Shown here one piece after another: positions 1 through 12,244 of a stretch of DNA of 64,000 nucleotides. This stretch comes from Lama guanicoe. Lineage: Eukaryota. The translations under genes and the position numbers were made by a program. The notes beneath the pieces were generated by a model. The model was given only the letters and a program-made list of their open reading frames with translations. It ran no database searches and had not been told where the DNA came from. The first letter of the stretch is position 1, and every line of letters starts with the position of its first letter. The stretch lies in NCBI GenBank assembly GCA_013239625.1, contig MU054212.1, positions 5,304,270 through 5,368,269 of the forward strand. Direction: 5' to 3'.

Positions 1-139
1 TCTGGACCAAAGGATCTCAGAGGTCATCTATATCAGTGCTACCCCCAATGCTGTCTCTATAAAATATAATCATCTGATAGATTAAAAATAAATTTATTCC
101 CAGAGTCTCATCCTATGCAAACTGAATTAACTTAAAATA

Positions 140-1230
140 GCTACATATGGTTACATACAGACATATTTGTATGTAACTAAATATATGCATAGGTAATATC
201 TTCTTGCTCTGTCATCTGAGAGGTCATAGAAACAGTGATATCCCAGTTTCAGTGAGCACAACTAGCACCAAAACCTTGTAGTGCCAGAAAGTAAATATTA
301 AAAACAAATAAAATTCAAAATAAAGCCAAGGTGGAAATATGCCCCAAAAATGCAAAAGCCAGTTGAAAGAGCCATCTATGGCCAAAGCTGAAATGATTTC
401 AGCAACAAAATAAGTAAAATGGTATAGAATTATAATACAAAATACAAAATAGATACCTATGAGTCTGTAAGTTATAAATAAATGATGGACTAAATAAATA
501 AAAAGGAAGAAAAGAGACAAATCTCCAATGCAAAAGAATTCCAAATAATTGATGTAAATGCTCCACTTTTAAGGAGGTAGCGCATAACCCGCACTCCTTA
601 AATTTGGGCTATGCACGATGACTTTCTTTCAAAGAATATAGTATAGATAAGAAAAAGAAAAGATAAGTTTATGCTGGATAAAACTGACAATCACTAACTT
701 AAGTTGGGTGGCGAAGGGTTAGAGCAACAATGATAAGTCATATTGATAGTATGCACCCTTGATGTGATGTGAGGAAAATGGCGCTTTGCCTCCATGGTCT
801 TCCTCCTAAACTATATTTCCCTAGTCTAATTATGAGAAAATACCAGGCAAATCCCAGCTGAAGGATATCTGACCAGCACCCTGCAAAATCCTCAAGGTCA
901 CCAAAAAGAAGAAAAGTCTGAGAAACTGTTACAACCCAGGAGAAACCTGAGAGGACATGACAAATTGATGTAATTAGGTGTTCTGGATGGGAATCTGGGA
1001 CAGAAAAAGGACATTAGGAAATAACTAAGGAAATCTGGATAAAGTATGAACGTTAGCTAATAATAATGTAACAATTTAGTGTTCATTAATGGTGACAGAT
1101 GTACCATTCTAATATAATGTGTTCATAATAGGAGAAACTGAGCGTGAGGTAAATGGGAACTCTTGCACAGTTTTCTCAATAATTCTGCAAATTTAATACT
1201 AATTTAAGTTTAAAAGTATATTTTAAAAAA
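140..1230 (+). mobile_element. Old L1 3' UTR (L1MC/L1MD group)
   Basis: Diagnostic blocks such as 'aagtctgagaaactgttacaacc...gacatgacaaattgatgtaat', 'ggacagaaaaaggacattagg' and 'gggaactct...ttttctcaataattctgcaaatttaa', followed by an A-rich end. Confidence 0.8.
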
Positions 1231-3254
1231 ATTTCCTCCTCCTTAGGGTAGGATGGATTACCAACATGTTCTTTGTTCCTGCACACTGCGATACATGGTT
1301 CCTATTTATCATAGAAAGTAAAGGTTATCATAGTGTCTACTTGGAATTGCCTAGATATTATCAATAATTTCAGAACCCAATAATGGAGAAAAATTTTGTG
1401 TTAAATCTTGAGCCAGCTATTACAAGGATTATCTTCACTATTGATAGTTTCACATTACTGGAGACTAGTTTCTATTCTATGGAGAATAATTCAAGTTTTC
1501 AAGATAGAAAATCTCCAAACAGCTCTCCCCCTAGTAATGAAGCCTATATTTTTTCACAGTCACTAGCCCTGCCAAGCTATTTTTCTCTTGGATATTCTCG
1601 TGGATTTTTTTTCCAACAGTGGCTGCTGTTCAAACTTACATAATAGAATTGTCACACTTTATAAACTGTGTTGAATATTCTGATCCCTTTCATTTGAAGA
1701 GGTCCTCTATTTCATGCCCAACTAGCTTTGAGGTCCTTCTGAGATAATCAAGTAGTCATTGGCACCTTGCATGTAATAGCCACTGCTGCATGAAGAGTCC
1801 ATAAATTCAATCCTCTGTGCAAAAGCCATGGAAAACAGAGCCTTCCAGCTTAAATCACTGGCAGGCTACTCAATTAGATTTCTGAGGCTGATGCTGATCA
1901 ACAAAATTTTGGAGAGTATCTTCTCTTATTGATTGTACAATGTCAGAGGGCTTAGATATAAATTTTAACAACTGCTTTCTCCACAGAGTAACGTTATACA
2001 CTGGTTTTTCAGGTTACTTTGTATTAGATTGATGCTATTTTAGTAGCTTAGCTACCTCAGTAATTTGTGATCACAATTCCTCCAGCCCTAGAGAGACCAT
2101 TGTCCTGATTCAGTGTGATAATATGATCTACTCTGAGAATTCAGTCTACACTATCATTCCCGCTACACATCAGAGGGTGAGCTGCTGTTGCGCGTCCTAA
2201 ACCAGTTGCAGGATAGAATTCCATCTAATGAGTATAGATTGCCATGTATTTGTAGCTGAGCTGAGGCAGTTTCCAACACAGGTGACATTCTTTAACTTGC
2301 TCTAATTGAAGTCTTCCCATGTTCCCCTGAAAAGAGGTATTACGGACCCCACTTTGCCATTATCACGGACATTGTCCATAAATCTCACCCTGCAACCTGT
2401 GTGCTGTGCTCCTCCAAAATGCTTCAGTTAGAAATGCTTTTTAAATACATATTTCTACTTTATCAGAGACATGCATCTTCCCCATATCATCTTTTCCCAT
2501 TACAAAACAGTGGGAGAAAGAAAAGTTCTTCCTCTTTTTTTTCTGTTTTATAATGAGGAAAGATGATATGGCATCATTAAGCTCACCAAGGCAAACAACA
2601 AACAAACAAACAAACAAATCTTCAAACTGAGGAGTAAGTGGGGATAAACATAGCTAATACACACGTACGTACGTATATATGTACACACACGTGCATTTTC
2701 ATAGCTAATACAGAAATACATGGATGTAAATTCCTGAGTCACAGAGAATTCACAATTTTTTAACTTTTTCTTTTTAACAGACTTCTAAAACTTAGTGATG
2801 AGGATGTATTTTAAATTAAATGATAACTAGAAGATTCCAAGTTGCAACAAAAAAAAAGTATATGTTACTTCATTCAAGATTACTGGTTTTACTCTGATTG
2901 CAGCAGAATTTCTACTCTACATTTTACATTTCTATTCCCTCATCAACCTGAAATTTAGTCCTTATCCCCATGGGTGCCACAAATAGGGTAAATAAAAAGC
3001 AACTCTTCTTTGCACTTAATTGGTAATCCATTTATATGGATCATAGATTTCTGTTCTATTAATAATTAATAGTATATCTAATCTACACAAAGCATAGTAA
3101 TAGCCTCAAATCACTCTAAATTTTTGATAAACTGATTATGTCCTTTGCTAACACTAATCAGTGGAAAAGTTTAGATTTGTTAGTGATCTAAATAGTGATG
3201 AGTTCACAGTTCATCTGAATACAGAACAATTACTTTTGTGTCTTTTCAACAACT

Positions 3255-4000
3255 CCTTACACAAAAAAACATACATTTTGAGCCCACATGGAACATTCAC
3301 AAAAATAAACTATGTACTAGACCAAGAGAGAATGTTTCCGCAAGGCACAAAGTATAGATTATTTATGGTCTCCAGCAAAAGTACAATACAATTAAAAATC
3401 ATGGTAAAATTAATTTTGTGAAGTTGGTGTCTGAAAATAAGAAATAATAACTGCATGACTTTAACCTAAAGAGTATTTCCTAAGAAAATTATCAAATATT
3501 TAGCATTTAATGACAATGAAAGCACTAAATGTGGAAGTGTGGGGGATATGGTTAAGGCAGTACTTAGAGGAGATTTTGTATATTGTATTTATAAGGAAAT
3601 AAGAAAGACTAAAAATAAATGAGCAAGAATAGTGAAAAGCAAGAAAGTCATTCTAAGAACGGTAGAAAGAAGTAATTTTAAAAGAACAGGAATTAGTAAA
3701 AAGGACAATAAAAGTAGTTTATCAAAAACAAAACTGATTCTTCACAAAGACACATAACCTAGACAAAAGAATGAAAAAGCTGATCATGAGAAAGCAAACA
3801 TCAAATGAACAAACAACAACCAGGGGGAGGAGGGAAAGAAATTAAAGATAAAACAAAGGGACAAGAGCTACAACATACTATTATAAACATCTCTATATCA
3901 AATTTTTAAATTGTACAATATTGATAAATTTTGGAGAAAATAGACTTGCTTTTTACCAATAGAAAAAATAAATTAAATTTTCTGTAACAATGAAAAATTT
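3255..4000 (+). mobile_element. Highly decayed L1 ORF2 fragment (ancient L1M)
   Basis: 'catggaacattcacaaaaataaactatgtactagacca' (HGTFTKI.Y.L in the ORF track, like L1 HGTFSKIDH) and 'gatatggttaaggcagtacttagaggagatttt' (like WDAAKAVLRGKF); strong A-rich strand bias. Confidence 0.7.
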
Positions 4001-4084
4001 AAGCTCTGACACTTAAAGCATATTCTCTAAAATAACATCAATTCTAAAAATGAGGCTTCTAAATTTATTCATGTGTTCTTGTTT

Positions 4085-4165
4085 AGAAAGTATCTTTGCG
4101 TCCCTAGTACCTAGCTTAGTACTATCTGGCACAGAGTAATTGCTCAGTAGATGCGTGAATGTGGT
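4085..4165 (+). mobile_element. L2 3' terminal fragment
   Basis: 'ccctagtacctagc...tctggcacagagtaattgctcagtagatgcgtgaatg' matches the L2 3' end. Confidence 0.65.
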
Positions 4166-5989
4166 GAAGTCCACAGACCTTAACTTCCAAAGAGTGCAAA
4201 TTTCAGTGGGGACTTTCAGACTGAAACAAGAGCAAAAGCAAGAATTACATAAGGCTGGCTTCCTTGGATGTTCACAGTAGTATATGTTTGAATAAAATAA
4301 AGTTTATTTATTCTCAAGACCTAGAGTAGATTCTGACTGGAAAACCCTTCAGCTACAAAAATTGAGGAAAGAGAGCATGGCAATCCTGGAAGCTGGTTAA
4401 GGAGTTTCTTTAATAAAATTATATTTCAGATTTTGGACCTAGAGATACTGGGAGTCACATATCTAGTAAAAATGAATAGAGTTAATGCAAGTTTTCTGGC
4501 TGCAACTATGTTTAAGCAGAATTGTGTCTGAGGAATCAATCAAAGTTCATCCATACACGACTATCTCATTTCCATGGTGACCTCAGCAATAGTAAATAAA
4601 ACCAGAAACCCAGAAGCCACCGAATTTTCTGATAACACAAACATCTATGAACCAAAGTGTATGGACTATTGCCTTTACTTTTTGGAAAACGTTTTTGGAA
4701 AGTTTTTACTTGAGGCCTACATCTCTTTATTTTAAACCAAAATTTACTAGGTATGGTTATCTCGAATCCAAGGTTAGAAATAAGTTCACTAAAATATAGC
4801 AGCAAAGGAACTGCAAAAATCAGGTATACTGATTAGGTGCCATAGAATAACCAAGAAGGAGGAAGAAAAAAGTTTCTTGATTAAATATATGAGTTTAAAA
4901 GGAATAGCTGCCTGGGGCCAGTTTTGTAAAGCTCATCAACCATGTCAGCTAAATAGCTTCCAAGTTCATCTTCGTAATAAAAATAAACCAGAATAATCAC
5001 CAAATGTGAAATTATGCTTATTATACTCTGTTCCAAAGTCCACAAAAAAATTAGTGTCAAATTTTACGTTTTACATCAAAAATCTTTAAATGTAGAATAT
5101 ACAAACAATGACTTTTACAGAAAGAATTTTTATTTATGTAAAATGCTTTACTTCTATATAATGCCAGAGAGGTAAGCCATTGTTTCACTAGAGTGGACTA
5201 AATCTCAACTCTTTGATTCTATAAAATTAACCTGATGGGTTTTAAGTGCATTCAATTCCACATTACCTTAAGACGAGTAAACATTTTCTTGACCTACCTG
5301 ATTATCTGTCTTTCCCACTAGAAGAATGGAAATTTCTGTCTCTATTAATGTTTTAACCATAGCAGCTAAATTAACACTGGCACACACTAGTTGTGTAGCA
5401 ACTTTTACTTTGGATTTATAATTCATAAGTAGTGAAGGAACACTGGAAGCAGATTTTGTGATACCAACCTGGAAAACTAGTGCTAACTCACGGCACTTTT
5501 AAACCTCTGTCTTTAATCCTGGGAACAAACTTCCTCAGTTAAAAATCCATTCCTAACAAAACTAATGAAATGTAAATAAATCAAATGATAGGTAATGCTA
5601 ATATAAAAATAGTAATAGAACTAAATCCTAGAGTGATTTCTAGCTTATTAAATAAAAACAGTTCTTTCTCTGCATATCCCTGGTAGAATTTTTTACTGTA
5701 TTTGTTCTTCTGTGTTTTATTTTATTTTGTCTTTCTTCCCTTTAACAGTTAAAAAATTAACTACATTTTCCTAATATACAATTAAATGAAACAAGAAATT
5801 GGTGGCGGATTTGCTTTCAAACCTATGAACTATATACATGAGTCTCTGTACAAAACACATGTACATACAAAAAAAAAAACTATGTGAGTTTTTGGGCTGC
5901 TTTCTAAGACACACAAAATAAGATGCAGTATATCCTCCAACATACAACTGATTGAAACATTGTAGTAGCTAAAGAAAATAAAATGCTGT

Positions 5990-6090
5990 TAAAATAATAA
6001 CTATTATTTATGGAGTCCCTACTATATTCCAAGTTGTATATTGATATACCTAACTATCTAATCTCATTTATTTAATACCCACAACACTCC
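5990..6090 (-). mobile_element. MIR fragment
   Basis: 'taactattatttatggagtccctactatattccaag...atctcatttatttaatacccacaacactcctat' resembles the reverse MIR 3' half. Confidence 0.6.
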
Positions 6091-6255
6091 TATATTAGTT
6101 TTCTATTGCGGCTGTAACAAATTACCATAAAAATTAGTGGCTTAAACAACGAAAATGTATCATCTACAGTTCTGTAGAAGTCTGAGTCGTGTCTCACTGG
6201 GATTAAATCATGGTATTATCAGGACTGTGTTCCTTCTGGAAGCTTTACAGGGGCA
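6091..6255 (-). mobile_element. MaLR LTR fragment (MLT1)
   Basis: 'tattagttttctattgcggctgtaacaaattaccata...agtggcttaaacaac...acagttctgtag' is the typical MLT1 reverse terminus. Confidence 0.8.
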
Positions 6256-6299
6256 TGAAAATCAGAGTTAACCAAATGTAGACTTGAAACATGTTCACC

Positions 6300-6660
6300 T
6301 ATTCCTAGAAGGGCAGCTGTGAGCAAGTTATGCACAGTTACCTCATCTGTGCAATGGAGATAACTCCTTCCTTAGAGCAATTTTCTGACAAGGCATTAAG
6401 CAGACAAGCATCCACCATAATGATTGACACGTAATAATTACCCACTCTCCTCTTGAATGTCACTTATTATGTTCACCTTGACCAGTAAACTTAATTTGTG
6501 GATTTGCTGTTTGTGAATCACGTGTCCTAGAATAAATCACTTTGCCTCCTTGATCCTAAGTTTCTTTATTTGTAAAAGAAGACTTAGAAAAACTCGATTT
6601 GCCCTGAGGATTAAATGAGATCCAGAATATGAAAGCACTTGTAAACTGTTAAAATAATTC
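6300..6660 (+). mobile_element. Two MIR core fragments
   Basis: Core motifs 'cagttacctcatctgtgcaatggagataa' and 'gtttctttatttgtaaaa...tgaggattaaatgagat...aaagcacttgtaaactgt'. Confidence 0.65.
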
Positions 6661-8866
6661 ATTAATGTTACTCTGGGGCCTCTGGTATAAAGTTCAGAAA
6701 TTCTGAAATCGGAAATGGTTATCAGAGGTCCACATCTCAGAATACCGATGGCCAATGAGCTGTCTCACTTTCAATCCCAACATTACATTACTATTAAAGC
6801 CAAACCCAGAAAACATTTCTGAGTCAAAATTCAGAAGTTTTTCCCTAGGCTTCTAACACCAATTGTTCTGCTTTGTAATACACTCTAACAAAAAAATTCT
6901 AGGAACTGTTCTCCAAGTGCATGCCTGCAATTTCAAACAGACTCACGCTGCCATCTGCTCCTTCTGATAAGAGACTCATCTGTCTGCTGAGGGAAGAGAT
7001 TCACTAAGAAAGAATAATGCGACGCTTCGGCCCCTGCAGCCTTGCTGGGTGGCTCATGGACATGCACCAACTAATTAGGGGTCAAACTGACAGTTTTAGG
7101 ATGTATTTGAATGGGATTTGAATTCATTGTGACTATACTCTAAACAGCACTGCATACAGCTACCGGTGTAATTTGGACAATGAGCCCAGCATCTGCTACC
7201 TTTCAGCAACAAGTCATAACAAGAGAAGTGTGATTAAGGGAATTCGCCTACCTCAATGGTTTTCATGGTTTTAAAAAGCTGAAATGAGCATTGTTTCCAC
7301 ACAGACAAGGGGATATGTATATGTGAGCTTGTGTATATGATCTAAGAATAACTATAATAATGTAGCTTTTTCATAGCAATGAAAATTATAAAATTAAACT
7401 TTTAAAAAATAACCCAAATAAAGTCTTCAATTCAAAATAATTAGCAGGACTTTAGTCTTTAACATGACACATTGAATTGTATAACCTACACAAATCATAT
7501 TTTGTCTACCCTGGGTTTATAGTTAGATAGCAAATTAAGGATACTTACCCACATATATACCTGTATATGCACAGAGAATTCTTGGAGGTCCATGCAAAAA
7601 AAGAAAAAATTGTTAACAGTACATATCTCTCAGGAGTAGAATAAAGTTTTGGTTGGCAGGAAAGTTTGAACGGGAGAGATTTTAACTTTTTACCGATTAC
7701 CTTCCTGTAGTCTCTGATTGTTTTCAAAATCCTGCACCTATATTTCTTCATATAATTGAAAAAACACTCACCTAATTAACAAAAGGGAATTGGAAATTAA
7801 ATCTAATTTGATCTAATCAGTCTAATTTTAAAGAGTAATTTTGCATTCAGAATCAGAAAACCAAGTTAGTTTTTCTCTGCCAGTAACAGTACTGCAGTTG
7901 ATATAGAGGGACTTCATCTAAATAATCTCTCTTTCTCATCAATGAAATTGGAACAATTTAATTAGATCTAGTCCCCCTTTCAGAGTTGTGTTATGGCTGA
8001 AATCAGATTTACTAAGCATACTGTATTACTAGTATTGTTATGATAATAAACTGTGGTCAAGTGTCTAGCTCCCAAGAGATGGAGACAATTTTGTAAATAT
8101 TCAGAAAATTTCCATTTGCTTGAATAATTCAGATGATGCTACCAACAAAATCAGCTATTCATTCAAAATATTAAAATTATATTTTAAAATGAGTTCTATA
8201 TGTTGCCAATGCTGCAGATTTGTACTTTAACTATTTCATGAGTTTTCAGGACAAAAAGTACTAGATGATTGATATTATTATTATTCAAAATCCCATATTT
8301 GACATTTCTTCCACTTAGCATTTATTTTAACTATTTAGAAAAGACTAACAAATTGATGATAAAATATATACCCTAGGTCTTTGACTTCCACCTATATTTT
8401 ACTGTTTTTTTTCCTCCCATAAGATACAATAATTACAATTCTTCATTTGTATTTTCGAAAGTGCTACGAAACAACCTCCACGCTGGCATAGCAAAGTAGG
8501 CTGTAAACTGGAGAGATAAAAGAAGGCTGCACTTTCCTATGTTTTTCCTTTTCTTCCCCTTCATTTTTCTCTCCAGCTAATTCTGAGTCTGTCTAGGAAT
8601 TTGGGGTTCGGGGAAGGGTAAAAATCAGTATAAATGAATAAATCAGAGAATCAGCTAATCCTGACAACCTTGGCTTCATGTTTTCAGCTACAGAGAGAAG
8701 ATGAAAAGGGATACGTTTATTCGTTCTGAGACAGAGAAAGACAAAGAGTAAATGTAACTAGCACGGGGAATCTTCACAAAGTTTGCAGGATCTGTAATAT
8801 TCTGTGGTTCTGTGAATGCTTATATCCTATTGCGTACATAACACCCATGCTTCTGCAGCAAGCAGT

Positions 8867-8869
<3 letters not shown>

Positions 8870-8897
<28 letters not shown>
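8870..8897. repeat. (GT)14 microsatellite
   Basis: Perfect dinucleotide run read directly. Confidence 0.95.
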
Positions 8898-8902
<5 letters not shown>

Positions 8903-9444
8903 TATTAAGTCCTATTCTATTAGTATGTTATGAAGCTAAACAAATCATCACATTTCTGTGACTCTTGGTATGATTCTATGTTTACTATGGTTGGATTGTT
9001 TTATGCCTCAGTAGAAAATGTCAAAATCGAATAATGGAAACAATAATAGCAAAAATGATCCATTTTTCAGGAAAAAGGAAAAAGGGCTCCTCTTCTTTGC
9101 ACAGGTTTTCAACAACATGGAGAAACATGCAACATCCTTCCCCAATAGGACATTCTTTCCTTCCAGCTGATGACAAGCTAATAACCATATAATATCTAGT
9201 ATATTTCTAATACCTCTTCCCCAAGGAGGCCACAGCATTTTGCAGATATTATCTCATAAATCTCCAGATTTCTGTGTGCTTTGGAGGGCCTATATATTAT
9301 TAAAGTCAATTTACTTAGCTGAATCAGGGCACAGAGAGGGAATATGTATTCCAAGAAAAACAGCAAGATGGCTACAGGGCTTAAACTTCATCTCTCTGAG
9401 TCTGCGTTTTTGTCTGTTAGTTAGGGGTTTGTTTTCACATAATG

Positions 9445-9607
9445 ATGGTTGTTTTGCTCCTGAGATCTGTGAACCAGCAGTAGCAGTATCACCTGGGAAC
9501 CTATCAGAAATTAGACTCTCAGGCCTCTCTTCAGACCCGCTGAACCATAATCTGTGTTTACCAAGATCTCCAAATGATTTGTATGTTCACTGAAGTTTGA
9601 GAAGAGA
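9445..9607. mobile_element. MER5A/MER5B-type hAT-Charlie MITE
   Basis: 'cagcagtagcagtatcacctgggaacctatcagaaat...tctcaggcc...cagacccgctgaaccataatctg...acaagatc-like...tgaagtttgagaag'. Confidence 0.8.
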
Positions 9608-9664
9608 CCTTTTCAATTAAAAAGGCCTAACAACTCTCACACTTTTAAAAACCTTCCTACACGT

Positions 9665-10020
9665 ATGTAGATGGCAGATGCTGGCTAGCTAGGTACCAAA
9701 CACGTTTCTCTTTCCTTCCGAGAATGTGATTACATTTCCCACTTTCTCCTGCAGTTAGCTGTGATCATGTGTCTGAGCTTTGGCCAGTTACATATGGGTG
9801 GATGTGATAAACGCTCCTTTTAGTCTTAGCCCACAGGACTCCATGCTCTTTCTCTCTCTTATTCTTGTCTCAATTTAGAGGGTGACTGGGAATGTAACAA
9901 ATGCACTGAAGTTAACAGAGTTTTAAACAGCTTGGGTCCCTAAATGCCTTGGGCTGTGTGTGAGGGTGGAAATGCTCTTGTGTTTAGCCATGGAGTTTCA
10001 GGGTTTACCTGTTAGAGGTA
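9665..10020 (+). mobile_element. Old MaLR LTR (MLT1J-like)
   Basis: 'tacatttccc...tgcagttagctgtgatcatgtgtctgagctttggccag', 'cagcttgggtccct' and 'tgtgtttagccatggagtttcagggttt...gttag'. Confidence 0.7.
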
Positions 10021-11230
10021 ACATTTTAAACATTTTAAGAGGTAATTATTATACTTTAAAAATAATGGTTTGAATTGTGATACAGTTAAAAGAATGTTAG
10101 ATAAATACTATTGGGCTAATTTTAGCCCTTTTAGCTTGAATGACTGCAGCCTCAATTCCTTTGGACTCATTTTATGTCATATTTCCCTTTCTTCATAACT
10201 TCCTTATTCATCTCCCCTTAAAATCTATTATTCATACAGTCCTTAGATTCTAGAATTCTTTACATTGCTTAATTATTCTTATTTTCAAAGTTGGGGAGAA
10301 TTTAGAGAAAAATTACTAGCTCTGGTTCCAATTTTGTAGAGGCACAATGCCCCCTGAGCTATGTGATTACTTATGTGTGGCACCAGGGGACTGTGGCGAT
10401 TTATAAGCATATTAGCATCCCTTATTCATTTTTCTTGTTGAAAATATGTTTAATAATTTATGTATCTATTCAGAATGTTTGTTTATTTAGTCTTTATTAT
10501 AAGTGGGCCACTTGTGGAAAAATTAGAAATCCCCCCTGGCAGAAGAATTACCTCTTCTGATTGATAGAGTTTTAATGAATGATTTATAATTAGCTCCCTG
10601 ATTTCTTGTTATGTCTGGTCTCCTTAAACACACCACGCTTTCAGACATGATACACACACAGTTTCTATTTTGAATAGAACTCTGCATTCGTGTGGAGAAA
10701 ATGATTTAAAAGGGAGACTCATTATATATTCTCTTAAAAATATTTCTCTGTAAAATAAAACCATAAAATGGGCAGTGTCTGATTATATACCACACAGCTC
10801 AAGCCATTCACCAGCCATTCTAGGGTAGTGACTTTTTTCTTTTTAACAGATTTGAAGATGTATTGCAAAGAATGGAAATAAGACCTTACCAAGAAAGAAA
10901 AGAAAGAAAAATTAGATTTTTGAAGAGTAAAATTAATGCTAGTATATTTCTCTTATCTTGTTTTACTTATAAAATATTCATAAATTAAAACACAAAGAAT
11001 CAGCATCAGTTAATAACCACAACTAATGTAGAACGATTTGTTCATGCTATTTAAGCTAAATTAATTTGGGGCTAGTAAAAAGCAAGAGTATTTTAAAGAT
11101 TTTGAAAGAAATTATTTTTCTACCGTGTAGGTTGCCCAATTCTTTTCTTTGAATTTTTAATATAATTTGAATCCTTGTACCAAGACTTTAATTCCATGCT
11201 TGCTTTGTCTTTCTTCATTAGAGAATCACA

Positions 11231-11270
<40 letters not shown>

Positions 11271-11281
11271 GTAATAATAAT
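11231..11281. repeat. (AAT)13 AGT (AAT)3 microsatellite
   Basis: Read directly; it explains the poly-Ile ORFs on both strands. Confidence 0.95.
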
Positions 11282-12244
11282 ATTAGTAACAACAAATGGG
11301 ATTTTTCTATCATCTTCCATAGAGATTACAGGAAATATTCTCACTTATTATGGGACATTTCTCAGAAAACTGTCCCAGATCAGCTTATTGGTGTGCTGAA
11401 GGGGTAGGTCCAGAGCTCAGGTATGTCTTGTGTAAAAATAATTTTTTTAAATTACCATCACCCATTTTAGACAATTATAAAAATAAATATATTAAATATA
11501 TTCTGCTTTGGCATTCCAGAGTATGAGTTATTTGGGTTTAAGTTTGGGGCTTTTTGTATTTTCCTGTTATGAGGAGGTTTAACTCCACCTAAAGATACAG
11601 CAGAAAATGTACTTGGCTTTGTTTTAAAAAATAATTCTCAAAGAAGAAGGGCTATTATTTCGTATAATGAAAAAGTTGTTCGTTTGCATCTTTTCCTTCA
11701 TTTATCCTGCATCTTGTTGTGCCTTGAAATATGTAAACACATTATACCATGTAGCTTCTTTTCCTTTTTCCTTTCTGCACACCTTTCAAAGTTTTGAAAA
11801 AATTCCAACGCAAGTCAAACCATCCTCTTCGGAGACCCAGAACCATTACTCATTCTCCCTGCTGATCCACTCTGTGAAACAGTAGCTTCCAAATACCATA
11901 ATTCAAAGCCTAGATCTTTTTAATGTAATGAGTCATCTCCAGCCTTTAGCCACCTCCATTCTCCCCTCATTACTCATAACTCTGCCGTTTTTCTTTCAAT
12001 TACTAGAACTAAAGCACTACAGAAATCTTCAACTCCAATACCCTATTCTTTCACCATACCTCCACTTGTACAACTTTATTACTCCCAACAAATCTATTTA
12101 TCAATTCAGAAGTTTCCAGGCTCTAGGTTGCCTGGTTTTTATCCAGGTCCAATATAGCCATTTAGATCTTATTCTGTCTTCTCTCTATTAGAATCTGTGA
12201 TTGAGCACCTGAACTAAACTCTGAACAATACCTTGTATTTTCTT

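Noticed and set aside
11120..11399. Poly-Ile membrane-like ORFs on both strands
   Set aside because: They are translations of the (AAT)n microsatellite.
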